DNA from: Acidobacteriota bacterium
GTDB taxonomy: Bacteria; Acidobacteriota; UBA6911; JACQSX01
Direction: 5' to 3'
DNA: 64,000 bases
Assembly: GCA_036507075.1 (NCBI GenBank)
Contig: DASXQR010000003.1
Location: 1-64,000 of the forward strand
Shown: in pieces, positions 49,848 through 60,343 of the stretch
Layout: every line of letters begins with the position of its first letter
Numbering within the stretch: position 1 is the first letter of the stretch
Position numbers and translations under genes: made by a program
Notes under the pieces: model-generated
Databases searched by the model: none
Seen by the model: the letters and a program-made list of their open reading frames with translations, nothing else
Told to the model about the DNA's origin: nothing

Positions 49848-52481
49848 TTGATGCATTTTCTCAGTAAAGTCGTGGCAAACCATTCCGGGTTTGGCCGCAA
49901 CCGCGTAGTGACCAGAACATCGATCTTTATCCTTTTTCTTCTGATCGGATCTTCACTGTCAGCGGCGCAACAGGTCCGGGTTATTGAAGATGTGCGGTTG
50001 GTCGGGAATCGCCGCATCCCTGAAGATACCATTCGGTTTTACATCCAGAGCAAAAAAGGCGATCAGTACAGCGAAGATCGCATCAAGCTGGATTTCCGCA
50101 GTCTTTGGAATACCGGCTTTTTCAGGGACGTTCAGGTCATCGAGGAGGAGGGAAAGGCCGGCCCGATCATTATCTTCAGGGTGGTTGAACGGCCGCTGGT
50201 GCGGGTCATTAAATACGAAGGGTTCAAGTCTTTTAAGGAATCCGACATCCTGGAGGAATTCAAAAAGCGACGCGTCGGTTTGTCGGTCGATTCCGCTTTT
50301 GACGAAGCGAAGCTTCCCGCGGCAAGACGAGCCATAGAAGAACTATTAAAGCAGAATGGCAAGCCCCTGGGCAACGTTACCTATCAGGTCGAAGATCTAT
50401 CGCAGACCTCGATGAAGATCACCTTCAATATTGAAGAAGGTCCCAAGGTGCGCATTGGCGACATTTCTTTCGAAGGAAACAGCGTTTTTACCGATGACAA
50501 GCTGCGTGACGCGCTCAAGCTCACCAAAGAGCGAAGTTTGATGCCGATCTTCAAAGGAACCGACAAGTATCATGAAGAAAAGCTGGAGTACGACGCCAAT
50601 GTAAACATGCTCGACTTGTACCGCGAAAAAGGCTACGTCAACGCCCGTATTGGCAAGCCGACCGTGGAGATCAAGGAAGGGCCGCGGGGCGTCACCCCCA
50701 TGTTCCGCAAGACCAGGCAGCAGTTCTATATCCGCATCCCCATTCAGGAAGGCGAGCAGTACAAATTCTCCAGTTTTGATATCAAGGGCGTGCAGCAGTT
50801 TCGCAAGGAAGACATCGTCAGGTTTTTTGGCTTCAAGCCGGGAGACCTGGTCAACATAAAGCACTGGCGCAAGCAGGAAGAAGAATTGAAGAAACTTTAT
50901 GAGGCGCGCGGATTTCTCGATATGGAATCCGTGCCCGAATTTGACCCCGACCCGGTCAAGAAGACCGTAACGCTCAACATCACCATCAATGAAGGCCGCG
51001 CGTACGTTGTCAACCGCATCGATTTTTTGGGGAACACCAAGACCAAAGACAAGGTGCTGCGGCGTGAAATGTTTCTGGAGGAGCAGCAGGTTTTTAACGG
51101 GAAGCTGCTGGAGTTGAGCGTGGTGCGCCTCAACCAGCTCGGGTTTTTCCAGAAGATTGAAGAAAAGGACTATGAGGTCAAGAAGGATCCTGCCGCCGGC
51201 GAAGTGGATCTGACCGTGAAAGTGAAAGAACAAAGCCAGCAGTCCATCGGCGTAACCGGCGGCGTGAGCGGGATCTCGGGAAGCTTTATCGGAATCAACT
51301 ACAGCACCAATAATTTCCGGGGCCTGGGTCAGCGCATCGACGTGGAAATTCTGACCGGCACGCGCACCACCAATTACACCTTTGCGTTCACCGAGCCTTA
51401 CTTTCGTGACACCAAGCTGAGTCTCGGCCTCACTCTCTTTGACACACGACTGCGCTATGACACATTCAGCACGTTTCTTACCTTCAATCCGAACGACAAT
51501 ATTTCGCTCTTCACGCGCAAGAGCGCAGGTGTGACTGTCAACGGGAGCTATCCGGTAGGGAACTTCACCCGCCTGGGGCTTGGCTATTCGATTCAGAATA
51601 TTTCCATCAGCGATATCAACGCGAATTTCAGCAACTTCGCATTGAACCAGTTCATATTTTTTGCGCCCGGCGGCGAGCGCGAGCGCGCGCTTTCAGGGAT
51701 TATTCGCAGTGAGGTGACGCCGACTTACATCCTGAATACCAAGAATGCGTATTTTAACGCCACCAGCGGCACTTCGCTTACCGTTTCAGTTCCGGTCGCG
51801 GGCGGACCGCTGGGCGGAGACTTTGATATTTTGCGACCCAGCCTCGAGTACCAGAAGTTCTGGTGCGTGAGAAACTGCGGACCCGGCGGGCGACGTCACG
51901 TGTTTGCTTTTCGCGGGCTGGGTGAAATGGTGATGCCGTACTCGTCCACGCCGGCAGTGCCGTTCTTTGAGCGGCTTTATTCGGGCGGTGAAAACCTGTT
52001 GCGCGGTTTCGACATTCGCTCGGTGACTCCGTTTGCGATCTCGTCAACACCCAGGGTCGATCCCAACGGATTCCCGGTGATCGATCCGAACACCGGATTG
52101 CCCCAGATCGACATCTCGCCTACGTTTATCGGAGGTGATACTTTGATAAACTTAACGGGCGAGTACCGTATTCCGGTCGTGGGCCCGCTCAACGTGGCGC
52201 TGTTCGCCGATGTGGGTACCAGCACTATCTTTCTGAAGAGCAAGCTGGGCTTGTTCGGCAAGGGAACAAAGATAAACCTGCTCAGTCAGACCAATAACGT
52301 GATCCGTGCGTCGACCGGCGCAGAAATTCAGTTTTTGCTGCCTGTGATTAATGCCCCGTTTCGCCTGATCTTTGCGTACAACCCTCTGATCATGAACACC
52401 ACGGCCATCATTAGCGGTCAGTTGATCCCATTTCGGGAACAAAGGAGAGGCATTAAATTTACCATCGGCCAGACGTTCTAG
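49848..52481 (+). CDS. bamA: Outer membrane protein assembly factor BamA
   Basis: POTRA repeats, LRGF loop motif, C-terminal F; start uncertain. Confidence 0.93.
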   Translation: MMHFLSKVVANHSGFGRNRVVTRTSIFILFLLIGSSLSAAQQVRVIEDVRLVGNRRIPEDTIRFYIQSKKGDQYSEDRIKLDFRSLWNTGFFRDVQVIEEEGKAGPIIIFRVVERPLVRVIKYEGFKSFKESDILEEFKKRRVGLSVDSAFDEAKLPAARRAIEELLKQNGKPLGNVTYQVEDLSQTSMKITFNIEEGPKVRIGDISFEGNSVFTDDKLRDALKLTKERSLMPIFKGTDKYHEEKLEYDANVNMLDLYREKGYVNARIGKPTVEIKEGPRGVTPMFRKTRQQFYIRIPIQEGEQYKFSSFDIKGVQQFRKEDIVRFFGFKPGDLVNIKHWRKQEEELKKLYEARGFLDMESVPEFDPDPVKKTVTLNITINEGRAYVVNRIDFLGNTKTKDKVLRREMFLEEQQVFNGKLLELSVVRLNQLGFFQKIEEKDYEVKKDPAAGEVDLTVKVKEQSQQSIGVTGGVSGISGSFIGINYSTNNFRGLGQRIDVEILTGTRTTNYTFAFTEPYFRDTKLSLGLTLFDTRLRYDTFSTFLTFNPNDNISLFTRKSAGVTVNGSYPVGNFTRLGLGYSIQNISISDINANFSNFALNQFIFFAPGGERERALSGIIRSEVTPTYILNTKNAYFNATSGTSLTVSVPVAGGPLGGDFDILRPSLEYQKFWCVRNCGPGGRRHVFAFRGLGEMVMPYSSTPAVPFFERLYSGGENLLRGFDIRSVTPFAISSTPRVDPNGFPVIDPNTGLPQIDISPTFIGGDTLINLTGEYRIPVVGPLNVALFADVGTSTIFLKSKLGLFGKGTKINLLSQTNNVIRASTGAEIQFLLPVINAPFRLIFAYNPLIMNTTAIISGQLIPFREQRRGIKFTIGQTF

Positions 52482-52618
52482 CACCCAATTGTTTTGTGTC
52501 CTTTGTGTCTTTGTGGTGAAAAAACTCTTATCAGGGCCGTTGGAACAGAAACGTTTTCTTTGCCGTATAAGAATTCTGGGTCTAAAATACAAGGTTTCGT
52601 AAAGGAGATTCAAGTTAC

Positions 52619-53224
52619 ATGATCAGAAGAATATCCACTTTTTGCGCCGCGGTCACATTGCTGACGGGTCTTTTGCTGGCGCAAGCCCCGGGCCCCTCCG
52701 CCACCCAGGCGTCCCCGAAGCCTGCCGGACCGGCGCCAACGAAGATCGGCTTTATCGACTCGCTGCGAATCGTTTATGAAACCGATGAAGGAAAAAACGA
52801 AATCTCCAAAGTCCAGGAGTTCATCAACAAAAAGCAGTCAGAGTACGACACCAAAAAAACAGACCTGGATAAGTTAAGCGAGCAGTATCAGAATCAGCAG
52901 CGCACTCTTAATCCCGAAACTCGCGGTGAGATGGAGAAGGCTATTCAGTCCCGGGAAACAGAGCTAAAGCGATTCCAGGAAGACACGCAGGCGGAGATTG
53001 ATCGCCAGCGTGACGGCATCCTGGGAAAGCTGGGCCAGAAGATTCAGACTCTGATTGACGATTATGCGCGAGAGAATGGCTTTGCGGCCATTTTTGTCCG
53101 TTCTCAAAACCAGACTTACGTGGCTCCCAGCCTGGATATCACCGACGAAGTAATCCGGCGCTACAATACAAAGTTCCCTGCTGCAAAATCACCGGTCGCT
53201 CCCGCACCGGCAAAGAAGCCCTGA
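52619..53224 (+). CDS. skp: Periplasmic chaperone Skp/OmpH
   Basis: Signal peptide; KIGFID; coiled coil; DITDEVIRRYN; lies between bamA and lpxD. Confidence 0.9.
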   Translation: MIRRISTFCAAVTLLTGLLLAQAPGPSATQASPKPAGPAPTKIGFIDSLRIVYETDEGKNEISKVQEFINKKQSEYDTKKTDLDKLSEQYQNQQRTLNPETRGEMEKAIQSRETELKRFQEDTQAEIDRQRDGILGKLGQKIQTLIDDYARENGFAAIFVRSQNQTYVAPSLDITDEVIRRYNTKFPAAKSPVAPAPAKKP

Positions 53225-53227
53225 TCC

Positions 53228-53348
53228 GGAAAGCAGAAAGCAGGAGGCAGGAAGCAGGAGGCAGGAAGCAGGAGGCCTGCTTCCTGCCTCCTGCCTCCTG
53301 CCTCCTGCCTCCTGTCTCCTGCTTCCTGCTTTCCGCCTTCCGCCTTCC
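53228..53348. repeat. Heptamer hairpin (GGAGGCA/GGAAGCA)n - (CTGCCTC/CTGCTTC)n
   Basis: Inverted arrays abut with almost no loop. Confidence 0.9.
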
Positions 53349-53364
53349 GGCCTCACGGTTTAAT

Positions 53365-54411
53365 ATGGAGCGCGAAATGGAGAACACGCTTCAGGAACTT
53401 GCAGAGATCACAGGTGGTTCGGTAGTGGGCGACGCTTCGGCTTTGATCAGCGGGATCGCGTCGCTCGAAGAGGCAAGTCCGTCGGACCTTGTCCTGATAG
53501 CGAACCGAAAATTCCTGAGGAAGGCAGCTCAGACCTCGGCGGGCGGGTTCCTGGTCGGAGCGAATATGGAGATAAAGGACCGGAACCTGCTTCGAGTAGA
53601 GAATCCGAAACTCGCATTCGCGCAATTACTATCTCACTTTTACCCGCCGGAGACTCTCCCGCCGGGAATTCATCCAACTGCCCTGGTGGATTCGCGGGCT
53701 TCGGTCGACCCGACGGCCAGTGTCGGAGCCCTGGTTTTCATCGGGCCGGGATGTCGGATCCAGGCGGATTGCCGCATTTTTCCCGGGAGCGTGCTGCTGC
53801 GCGATGTCACGGTGGGTCCCCGCACTGTCATTTACTGCAATGTGTCGATTTATTCGCTGGTGGAGATAGGCAGCGATGTGACCATTCACTCCGGCAGCGT
53901 TATCGGGAGCGACGGATATGGTTTCGTGTTCGACGGAAAGGAACACCGGAAGATCCCCCAGGTCGGGGGCGTAAGAATTGGAAACAAAGTGGAGATCGGC
54001 GCAAACTGCTGCATTGATCGCGCCACTCTGGGAATGACCCTCCTGGGAGACGGCGTAAAGCTGGATAATTCAGTTCACATTGGACATAATTGCGTCATTG
54101 GTGAACATTCGCTGTTGGTTGCACAGGTGGGACTGTCTGGTGGAACGCGCGTCGGAAAGCACGTGACGCTGGCCGGGCAGGTGGGTACCAATCCGCAGGT
54201 AGAGATCGGCGATGGCGCCGTTGTAACCGGCAAAGCGGGAGTATCCCGCAATGTCCCCGCCAACACAAAAGTCTCCGGAATGCCGCCCCTCGAGCATGAC
54301 CGCTGGGTGCGGGCGCAAATTCTATATGCGCGCCTGCCCGAGATTTATGAAACCTTGAAGACCGTGGAGAGGGAAGTCAAAGAGCTGAAATCCAATCGCG
54401 GGCAGAAATGA
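53365..54411 (+). CDS. lpxD: UDP-3-O-acylglucosamine N-acyltransferase (canonical locus)
   Basis: [32 protein letters not shown]; bamA-skp synteny. Confidence 0.95.
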   Translation: MEREMENTLQELAEITGGSVVGDASALISGIASLEEASPSDLVLIANRKFLRKAAQTSAGGFLVGANMEIKDRNLLRVENPKLAFAQLLSHFYPPETLPPGIHPTALVDSRASVDPTASVGALVFIGPGCRIQADCRIFPGSVLLRDVTVGPRTVIYCNVSIYSLVEIGSDVTIHSGSVIGSDGYGFVFDGKEHRKIPQVGGVRIGNKVEIGANCCIDRATLGMTLLGDGVKLDNSVHIGHNCVIGEHSLLVAQVGLSGGTRVGKHVTLAGQVGTNPQVEIGDGAVVTGKAGVSRNVPANTKVSGMPPLEHDRWVRAQILYARLPEIYETLKTVEREVKELKSNRGQK

Positions 54412-54896
54412 GCCGGGACCGGTTGAAAAATCAAATGCAGATGGGCGATTCCAAAGTCGAAGTGCCCTCGCTGGAGGAGATTTTCAAGCTGCTCCCTCAT
54501 CGCTACCCATTCCTTCTGGTGGACCGGATTCTTGAATGGGAGCCGGGAAAAAGGATCGTCGGTTTGAAGAACGTTACCATTAATGAACCATTTTTCAGCG
54601 GCCACTTTCCCGGCAAGCCGATCATGCCGGGAGTTTTGATTATCGAGGCGATGGCTCAGGTCGGAGGTGTCTTGCTACTGCATGCCGCGGGCGCCGAGGC
54701 GCAGAACAGGCTCGTATACTTCACATCGATTGAATCGGCGAGATTCCGCAAGCCGGTAGTGCCTGGAGATCAACTCCGATTGGAAGTCGAGGTATTGAAA
54801 TACAAAATGCGAGTCTGCCGCATTCAGGGAAAAGCCTTCGTGGACGGCCAGCGTGTCGCCGAAGGGATTCTGATGTCATCCCTGGTGGATCGTTGA
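54408..54896 (+). CDS. fabZ: 3-hydroxyacyl-ACP dehydratase
   Basis: [30 protein letters not shown]. Confidence 0.96.
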   Translation: MSRDRLKNQMQMGDSKVEVPSLEEIFKLLPHRYPFLLVDRILEWEPGKRIVGLKNVTINEPFFSGHFPGKPIMPGVLIIEAMAQVGGVLLLHAAGAEAQNRLVYFTSIESARFRKPVVPGDQLRLEVEVLKYKMRVCRIQGKAFVDGQRVAEGILMSSLVDR

Positions 54897-55678
54897 ACCC
54901 GAAAGTTCATCCCACTGCTCTGATTGATCCGGGGGCCCGGCTTGCGCCGGGTGTCAAAATCGGACCGTACTGCGTAGTCGCAAACGACGTGATAATCGGC
55001 CCCGGCACTGAGATCGGTCCCCATGTCATCATCCACGGTCCGACCGAGATTGGATCGGACTGCCGAATTCATTCACACTGCTCGATCGGCTCGGATGCTC
55101 AGGATCTGAAGTTTCGCGGAGAGACGGCCCTGCTGCGGATCGGGAACAACAATCTCATTCGCGAATTCGTAACCATCAATCGCGGTACTGCCGGCGGCGG
55201 CGCCCAGACGGCTTTGGGGGATCACAATTACCTGATGACCGGTGTACACGTGGCGCACGACTGCATTCTTGGCAATCATATTATTCTTGCAAATGCCGCT
55301 ACGCTGGCGGGACACGTGGTGATTCAGGACTATGCGACGGTGGGAGCGTTCTCCGGAGTGCATCAATTCTGCCGCGTCGGAACACATGCTTACATCGGCG
55401 GATATTCGGTGATCACGCGCGACGCTTTGCCGTTCATCAAGACTGTAGGGAATCGAAACGAGGCCAAAACCTACGGCATTAACACACTGGGGCTGGAAAG
55501 AAGGAATTTCAAAAAGGAGGAGGTCCAGGTGTTGAAAAAGGCGTATCGGACTCTTGTTCAGTCGAAATTGCAGTTAAAGGAAGCGCTGGATCAATTGCAG
55601 GCCCAATTTCCAGATGACCAGAATGTGCAGGTGCTGATCCGGTTCGCGTCGGAGTCTGATCGGAGCTTTATACGATAA
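54893..55678 (+). CDS. lpxA: Acyl-ACP--UDP-N-acetylglucosamine acyltransferase (canonical locus)
   Basis: [34 protein letters not shown]. Confidence 0.95.
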   Translation: MNPKVHPTALIDPGARLAPGVKIGPYCVVANDVIIGPGTEIGPHVIIHGPTEIGSDCRIHSHCSIGSDAQDLKFRGETALLRIGNNNLIREFVTINRGTAGGGAQTALGDHNYLMTGVHVAHDCILGNHIILANAATLAGHVVIQDYATVGAFSGVHQFCRVGTHAYIGGYSVITRDALPFIKTVGNRNEAKTYGINTLGLERRNFKKEEVQVLKKAYRTLVQSKLQLKEALDQLQAQFPDDQNVQVLIRFASESDRSFIR

Positions 55679-55682
55679 AGAA

Positions 55683-55803
55683 TGAACCGCAAAGGGCGCC
55701 AAGACCGCTAAGGGTTTTAATTTGCACTTAGGCGAGTCACGGTACGGTGACGCCGCCTGAGATAGATGAAAAGCTTCGCGTTCTTGGCGCTCTTCGCGGT
55801 TCA
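55683..55803. repeat. Inverted-repeat cassette TGAACCGCAAAGGGCGCCAAGA ... TCTTGGCGCTCTTCGCGGTTCA
   Basis: Imperfect inverted arms between lpxA and lpxI. Confidence 0.8.
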
Positions 55804-55826
55804 GCGTTTTGGGCGGGTCAACTTTC

Positions 55827-56636
55827 ATGGATCGTTATGGACTAATCGCCGGAAACGGCAAATTCCCTTTTCTGGTTCTTGAGGCGGCGCGTTCCCGCAA
55901 TATTTCCATGGTCGTTGCCGCTGTCAAGGACGAAGCTTCGCCGCAGATAGACGACGCGGCCGAGACCGTCTGCTGGATGGGAATCGGCCAGCTCGGCAAA
56001 CTGATTGATTACTTCAAACGTGAAGGCGTCCGCAAAGCGCTGATGGCGGGACAAGTCAAGCACGTGCAGATATTCGGCAGCGCCACGCCCGATTGGCGCA
56101 TGATTCGCATGCTGGCCAGGCTTCCACGAAAGAATACGGACACGCTTATCGGAGCGGTGGCTGAGGAACTGGGTCGTGAAGGCATCGAGCTTGTGGACTC
56201 CACGGCGTTCCTCGAGCCGCTGCTGGCGCCCGCCGGATTGATTGCAGGACCTGAGCCGAGCGGGCAGAAGAAAAAGGACATTGCCTACGGGCATGCCGTT
56301 GCAAGGGAGGTTGCCAGGCTCGATATCGGGCAGACGATTGTCGTGAAGGATCAGGCGGTGGTGGCGGTTGAGGCGATGGAGGGAACCGATGCGGTTATCC
56401 GACGCGCCGCGGAATTGTGCGGCGGCGACTTCTGCGTGATCAAAGTCGCCAAGCCGGGTCAGGATATGCGCTTTGATGTGCCAGTCGTGGGAGTGGGAAC
56501 CATCGATACAATGATTGCGGCTCGCGCAGCCTTGCTTGTAATGGACGCGCGCAAAACACTGTTGCTCGATCGCGAGATTATTTCCGAGCGGGCCAACCGG
56601 CATGGAATAACCATTCTGGGAGCAGAACCTGAATGA
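55827..56636 (+). CDS. lpxI: UDP-2,3-diacylglucosamine diphosphatase LpxI
   Basis: GLIAGNGKFP, DIGQT, AVEAMEGTD, KPGQDMRFDVP. Confidence 0.93.
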   Translation: MDRYGLIAGNGKFPFLVLEAARSRNISMVVAAVKDEASPQIDDAAETVCWMGIGQLGKLIDYFKREGVRKALMAGQVKHVQIFGSATPDWRMIRMLARLPRKNTDTLIGAVAEELGREGIELVDSTAFLEPLLAPAGLIAGPEPSGQKKKDIAYGHAVAREVARLDIGQTIVVKDQAVVAVEAMEGTDAVIRRAAELCGGDFCVIKVAKPGQDMRFDVPVVGVGTIDTMIAARAALLVMDARKTLLLDREIISERANRHGITILGAEPE

Positions 56637-57622
56637 TTTCGCTGGCGGTGATCGGCGTTGGCGCTCTGGGTGAGCATCATGCCCGTCACCTTGCTTCCTT
56701 GCCCAACGCTCGCCTTGCAGCCGTGGTCGACATCCAACCACAGCGCGCAAACCAGGTAGCGCAGAGTCTCGGCGTGGAAGCAGCGACCGATTATCGCGTC
56801 CTGCTCGATCGCGTCCAGGCCGTGAGTCTCGCCGCTCCCACACGCCACCACGCCGACATCGCCGTCGATCTGCTGCGGCGCGGAATTCACGTGATGGTGG
56901 AAAAACCGATGGCGGATTCCTTGGCGCAGGCGGATCGCATGGTTGAGGCGGCCGCGCAAGGAGGCGCAATTCTTCAGGTCGGGCACTCGGAGCGCTTCAA
57001 TCCCGCGCTGCGGGCCGTCCGGCCCTATGTCAAAGATCCACGTTTCTTTGAGGCGCATCGCCTGGGAATTTTTGCGCGGCGCAGCCTGGACATCGACGTT
57101 GTGCTCGATCTGATGATTCATGACCTGGATATCATCCGCTCGCTGGTTGACTCCCCCGTCCGGTCGGTGCATGCGGTCGGTATTCCTATTCTCAGCTCCC
57201 GCATCGACATCGCCAATGCGCGGCTCGAATTTGAAAACGGATGCGTCGCCAATGTCACCGCCAGCCGGGTTTCCAGCGAGAAGGTAAGGAAGCTCCGTTT
57301 CTTTCAACCGCATGATTATGCCAGCGTTGATTTCGCTGAACAGAAAGTTTCCTTTTACAGTCTCATGGAGAAGGAGGGTCAGAGGGCGATTGTGGATCGC
57401 AGGATTCAAGTGGTTACTGATGAGCCTCTGCGGCTGGAACTGGCGGCATTTGTGGATGTGGTTCAAAACGGCACACAACCCGAATGCGGTGGCAGAGAAG
57501 GTCGTGCTGCCCTGGAACTGGGACTGATGGTGGTAGAGGCGATGAAGACCCATTCGAATGCGGATTTCGGAATGCGGAATGGGCCCTCGAATGGGGAATG
57601 CGGAATGCGGAATGCGGAATAG
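56633..57622 (+). CDS. Gfo/Idh/MocA oxidoreductase, GnnA-like (UDP-GlcNAc 3-dehydrogenase candidate)
   Basis: G.GALG, VEKP, VGHSERFNPA, DVVLDLMIHDLD, TASRVS; position after lpxA-lpxI. Confidence 0.78.
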   Translation: MISLAVIGVGALGEHHARHLASLPNARLAAVVDIQPQRANQVAQSLGVEAATDYRVLLDRVQAVSLAAPTRHHADIAVDLLRRGIHVMVEKPMADSLAQADRMVEAAAQGGAILQVGHSERFNPALRAVRPYVKDPRFFEAHRLGIFARRSLDIDVVLDLMIHDLDIIRSLVDSPVRSVHAVGIPILSSRIDIANARLEFENGCVANVTASRVSSEKVRKLRFFQPHDYASVDFAEQKVSFYSLMEKEGQRAIVDRRIQVVTDEPLRLELAAFVDVVQNGTQPECGGREGRAALELGLMVVEAMKTHSNADFGMRNGPSNGECGMRNAE

Positions 57623-57694
57623 AAAGGTGATTGGTTCCGGTTGCGAAGAGTTGAACAGAATATATTCCGCATTCCGCATTCCGAATTCCGCATT
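57556..57694. repeat. Inverted heptamer arrays GAATGCG / ATTCCGC
   Basis: Left arm is translated as the gene tail GMRNG..ECGMRNAE. Confidence 0.87.
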
Positions 57695-57781
57695 TGGAAG
57701 TCGAATCTTCAACGAATCCTAAGGCAAACGTTGTAAAATGGCTCCTGGACGTGAGATCCGGTCGCTGAAGGAATACCAGAT

Positions 57782-60208
57782 TTGAAGGGATCGATTCAGT
57801 GCAGAGTCGCTGTCCGGAGCGCACTTGATGCGTTCGGCCGGAGGCGACTTCATTTTTTTCACCACCAAGGCACCAAGCCACTCCCTTTCATTCCCTTTCA
57901 TTGCCGGGCTTTACTCCTGTCGCTTCTGCTGTCGCTCGCGCTGTCGGCATGCGGGGGAAAGAAAACCCGAATTCAGGCCCCCACGCCGGCGCCGTCTACC
58001 ACTCAAACTTCAACCCGGGGGGAAACTCCGCCCGCCTCAACTGCAGGCAAGACACCTGATTCCAAGCGCACGCAGCCGCCCCGGGACCAGCGCGCCGGGA
58101 ATCTGCCCCCGGCTGCGCGACCTCGAGATCAACTGCCTTATCCGGCAATTCCTCCAGCGGCGCGCCCCGGCGGCCCCATTTTCCTGCGCGTAGCTCTGGA
58201 CGTCGACCAGGCGGCTGTAGCTTTCAACGCGCCTGCGGAAACCGAACTTTGGGACCAGGAGAAACGGCTGGGCAGCATCACAGGACAGGCCGAGGTTTTG
58301 ATTCCGGTGATGGGTGCCGTTCCGGAAAAGTTCTGGGTGCAGGTAGCCGCACCGGACACGGAAGATGAGGCGGATTCGGTCCTTAGTGATTTCAGAAGGA
58401 AAGGCTACTCCGGTTTATCACGCTGGAATGAAAGGCTGCAACGCTACCAGATAAGACTGGGACCTTATCAAAGCCGCAGCCGCGCCGAACAGGTTCGTTC
58501 GCAGACTACGCCGGACGCGTTCATCGTATCCGAATCGATGGAAACTTCCAGCACAGCCAGCCTGCAGTCCGAGTCAGACCAGTGGTACGGCGCGCGCTTC
58601 CAGTTGCGACCGGCAGAGGGACGGCTGCTGCGCTTTAAAGGGCGCAGTTATCGTGGGTGGTTCGAAGTTTTTGTAAATCGCAAAGGAAGTCTCACACTGG
58701 TTAATGTGGTCGAGCTGGAAGATTATCTGCGAGGCGTCGTTCCCAATGAACTGAGCCCCTATTTGTTTCCCCAGGTTGAGGCTTTGAAAGCGCAGGCGAT
58801 AGCGGCCCGCACCTATGCGCTGCGCAACCGTGGGCAATTTGGCGCGGATGGTTTCGATCTTTTTTCCACAATCCGTTCTCAGGTATACGGAGGCCGTGAA
58901 AGCGAGCGGCCGCTCAGCGATGAAGCCATCCAACTGACTCAAGGATTGATCGCCACTTATCAGGGCCAGCCCATTGAAGCTCTTTATTCGGCCACCTGTG
59001 GAGGACACACAGAAGATTCATCAAATGTCTTTTCATCCAGGGAAGTTCCTTACCTGAAGGGCGTTCCCTGCATGGGTGAGCAGTTGGCGGAAGAAGGCGG
59101 CGAGGGTCTCACAATTCCGGCGGAACTCACCGTGGATTTCAGTCTCGGTTTGGTGTCTCTCAGCGGCATCGATCTGTTTGCTGAAGAAATCGAATACTCG
59201 CGGCGCATTTCCGCAGCCGAAATGCAGTCCTGGACGCGCCGCAGCGCCATGCTGGCCGGTCTGTCGGCGCCGGCGCTTTCCAGCACCGACGTGGAAGGAT
59301 TTTTCTTGTGGCTCAGCAGGACAGCCGGCGCAAGTGAAGCGGAGGCGCGTTATACACCGCGTGATGCCTCCCTGGCATTGAAGGATTTTGAAGATCTGGA
59401 CCTTCTCGACCTGAGACTGAGGCCGCACGTGGCCTGGCTGCTGGAAAAAGGAATTCTTCAGGCGGAAGGAAAGCGGCTCATTCCAGTGCTTCCTTTGCGA
59501 AGAGGTTACGTCTTGCAGGCGTTGGGCCGAATGCTGCAGCTTTATCAGCAGCATTTCGTGCGCCAGGGAAGGATTACCAAACTGGCAGATGGATCCGTTC
59601 AGATTGCCGAGTCTCAGAATGCGGGCAGCTATTCATTCTTGCCTTCGCTGCTTTTGTATCGGCGAGACGGCCGCTCCTTGTCGCCGCTGAGCAGCCTTCG
59701 TCTTCAGGGCGGCGAACCGGTCTGGTTCTTTGCCGATGACCAGGGCTTGAAGCTCCTGATGGTAGAAAACGGAAAGGGGCCGGCCGCAGGCGCGCTCGCA
59801 CCTTCGGCAACCTGGGAGTATCGCATCTCACGCGCCGATCTCTCCAAGCGCATCAACTCGCTGCTGCCGGTCGGGCCGGTGCGGGATATCGAACCAGTCT
59901 CCTACGGCGTATCCGGAAGAGTCCTCAAGCTGCGTGTAGCCAGCAGCCGCGGCGAGACGGTCCTGTCGGGAGCACGCCTGCGCACCGCGCTCGGTCTGCG
60001 CGACACTCTCTTCACGCTCGAGAGATCATTAAACGATGACGGCGTGGTTGAACGATTCATCTTTCGCGGACGCGGCTGGGGACACGGAGTGGGGCTTTGC
60101 CAGATTGGATCTGTCGGTTTGGCCCGCCAGGGAAAGAACTTTGTGGAAATCCTCAAAAGCTACTACTCGGGAATCGAGATCGAACCGATTGCTGTAGAAG
60201 GAAAATAA
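57782..60208 (+). CDS. SpoIID/LytB-domain lytic transglycosylase-like lipoprotein with SPOR domain
   Basis: Lipobox LSAC; SPOR-like WVQVAA..YQIRLGPY; LEDYLRGVVPNE, EALKAQAIAARTYA, GWGHGVGLCQ; start uncertain. Confidence 0.87.
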   Translation: MKGSIQCRVAVRSALDAFGRRRLHFFHHQGTKPLPFIPFHCRALLLSLLLSLALSACGGKKTRIQAPTPAPSTTQTSTRGETPPASTAGKTPDSKRTQPPRDQRAGNLPPAARPRDQLPYPAIPPAARPGGPIFLRVALDVDQAAVAFNAPAETELWDQEKRLGSITGQAEVLIPVMGAVPEKFWVQVAAPDTEDEADSVLSDFRRKGYSGLSRWNERLQRYQIRLGPYQSRSRAEQVRSQTTPDAFIVSESMETSSTASLQSESDQWYGARFQLRPAEGRLLRFKGRSYRGWFEVFVNRKGSLTLVNVVELEDYLRGVVPNELSPYLFPQVEALKAQAIAARTYALRNRGQFGADGFDLFSTIRSQVYGGRESERPLSDEAIQLTQGLIATYQGQPIEALYSATCGGHTEDSSNVFSSREVPYLKGVPCMGEQLAEEGGEGLTIPAELTVDFSLGLVSLSGIDLFAEEIEYSRRISAAEMQSWTRRSAMLAGLSAPALSSTDVEGFFLWLSRTAGASEAEARYTPRDASLALKDFEDLDLLDLRLRPHVAWLLEKGILQAEGKRLIPVLPLRRGYVLQALGRMLQLYQQHFVRQGRITKLADGSVQIAESQNAGSYSFLPSLLLYRRDGRSLSPLSSLRLQGGEPVWFFADDQGLKLLMVENGKGPAAGALAPSATWEYRISRADLSKRINSLLPVGPVRDIEPVSYGVSGRVLKLRVASSRGETVLSGARLRTALGLRDTLFTLERSLNDDGVVERFIFRGRGWGHGVGLCQIGSVGLARQGKNFVEILKSYYSGIEIEPIAVEGK

Positions 60209-60331
<123 letters not shown>

Positions 60332-60343
60332 AGAATTACGAAT

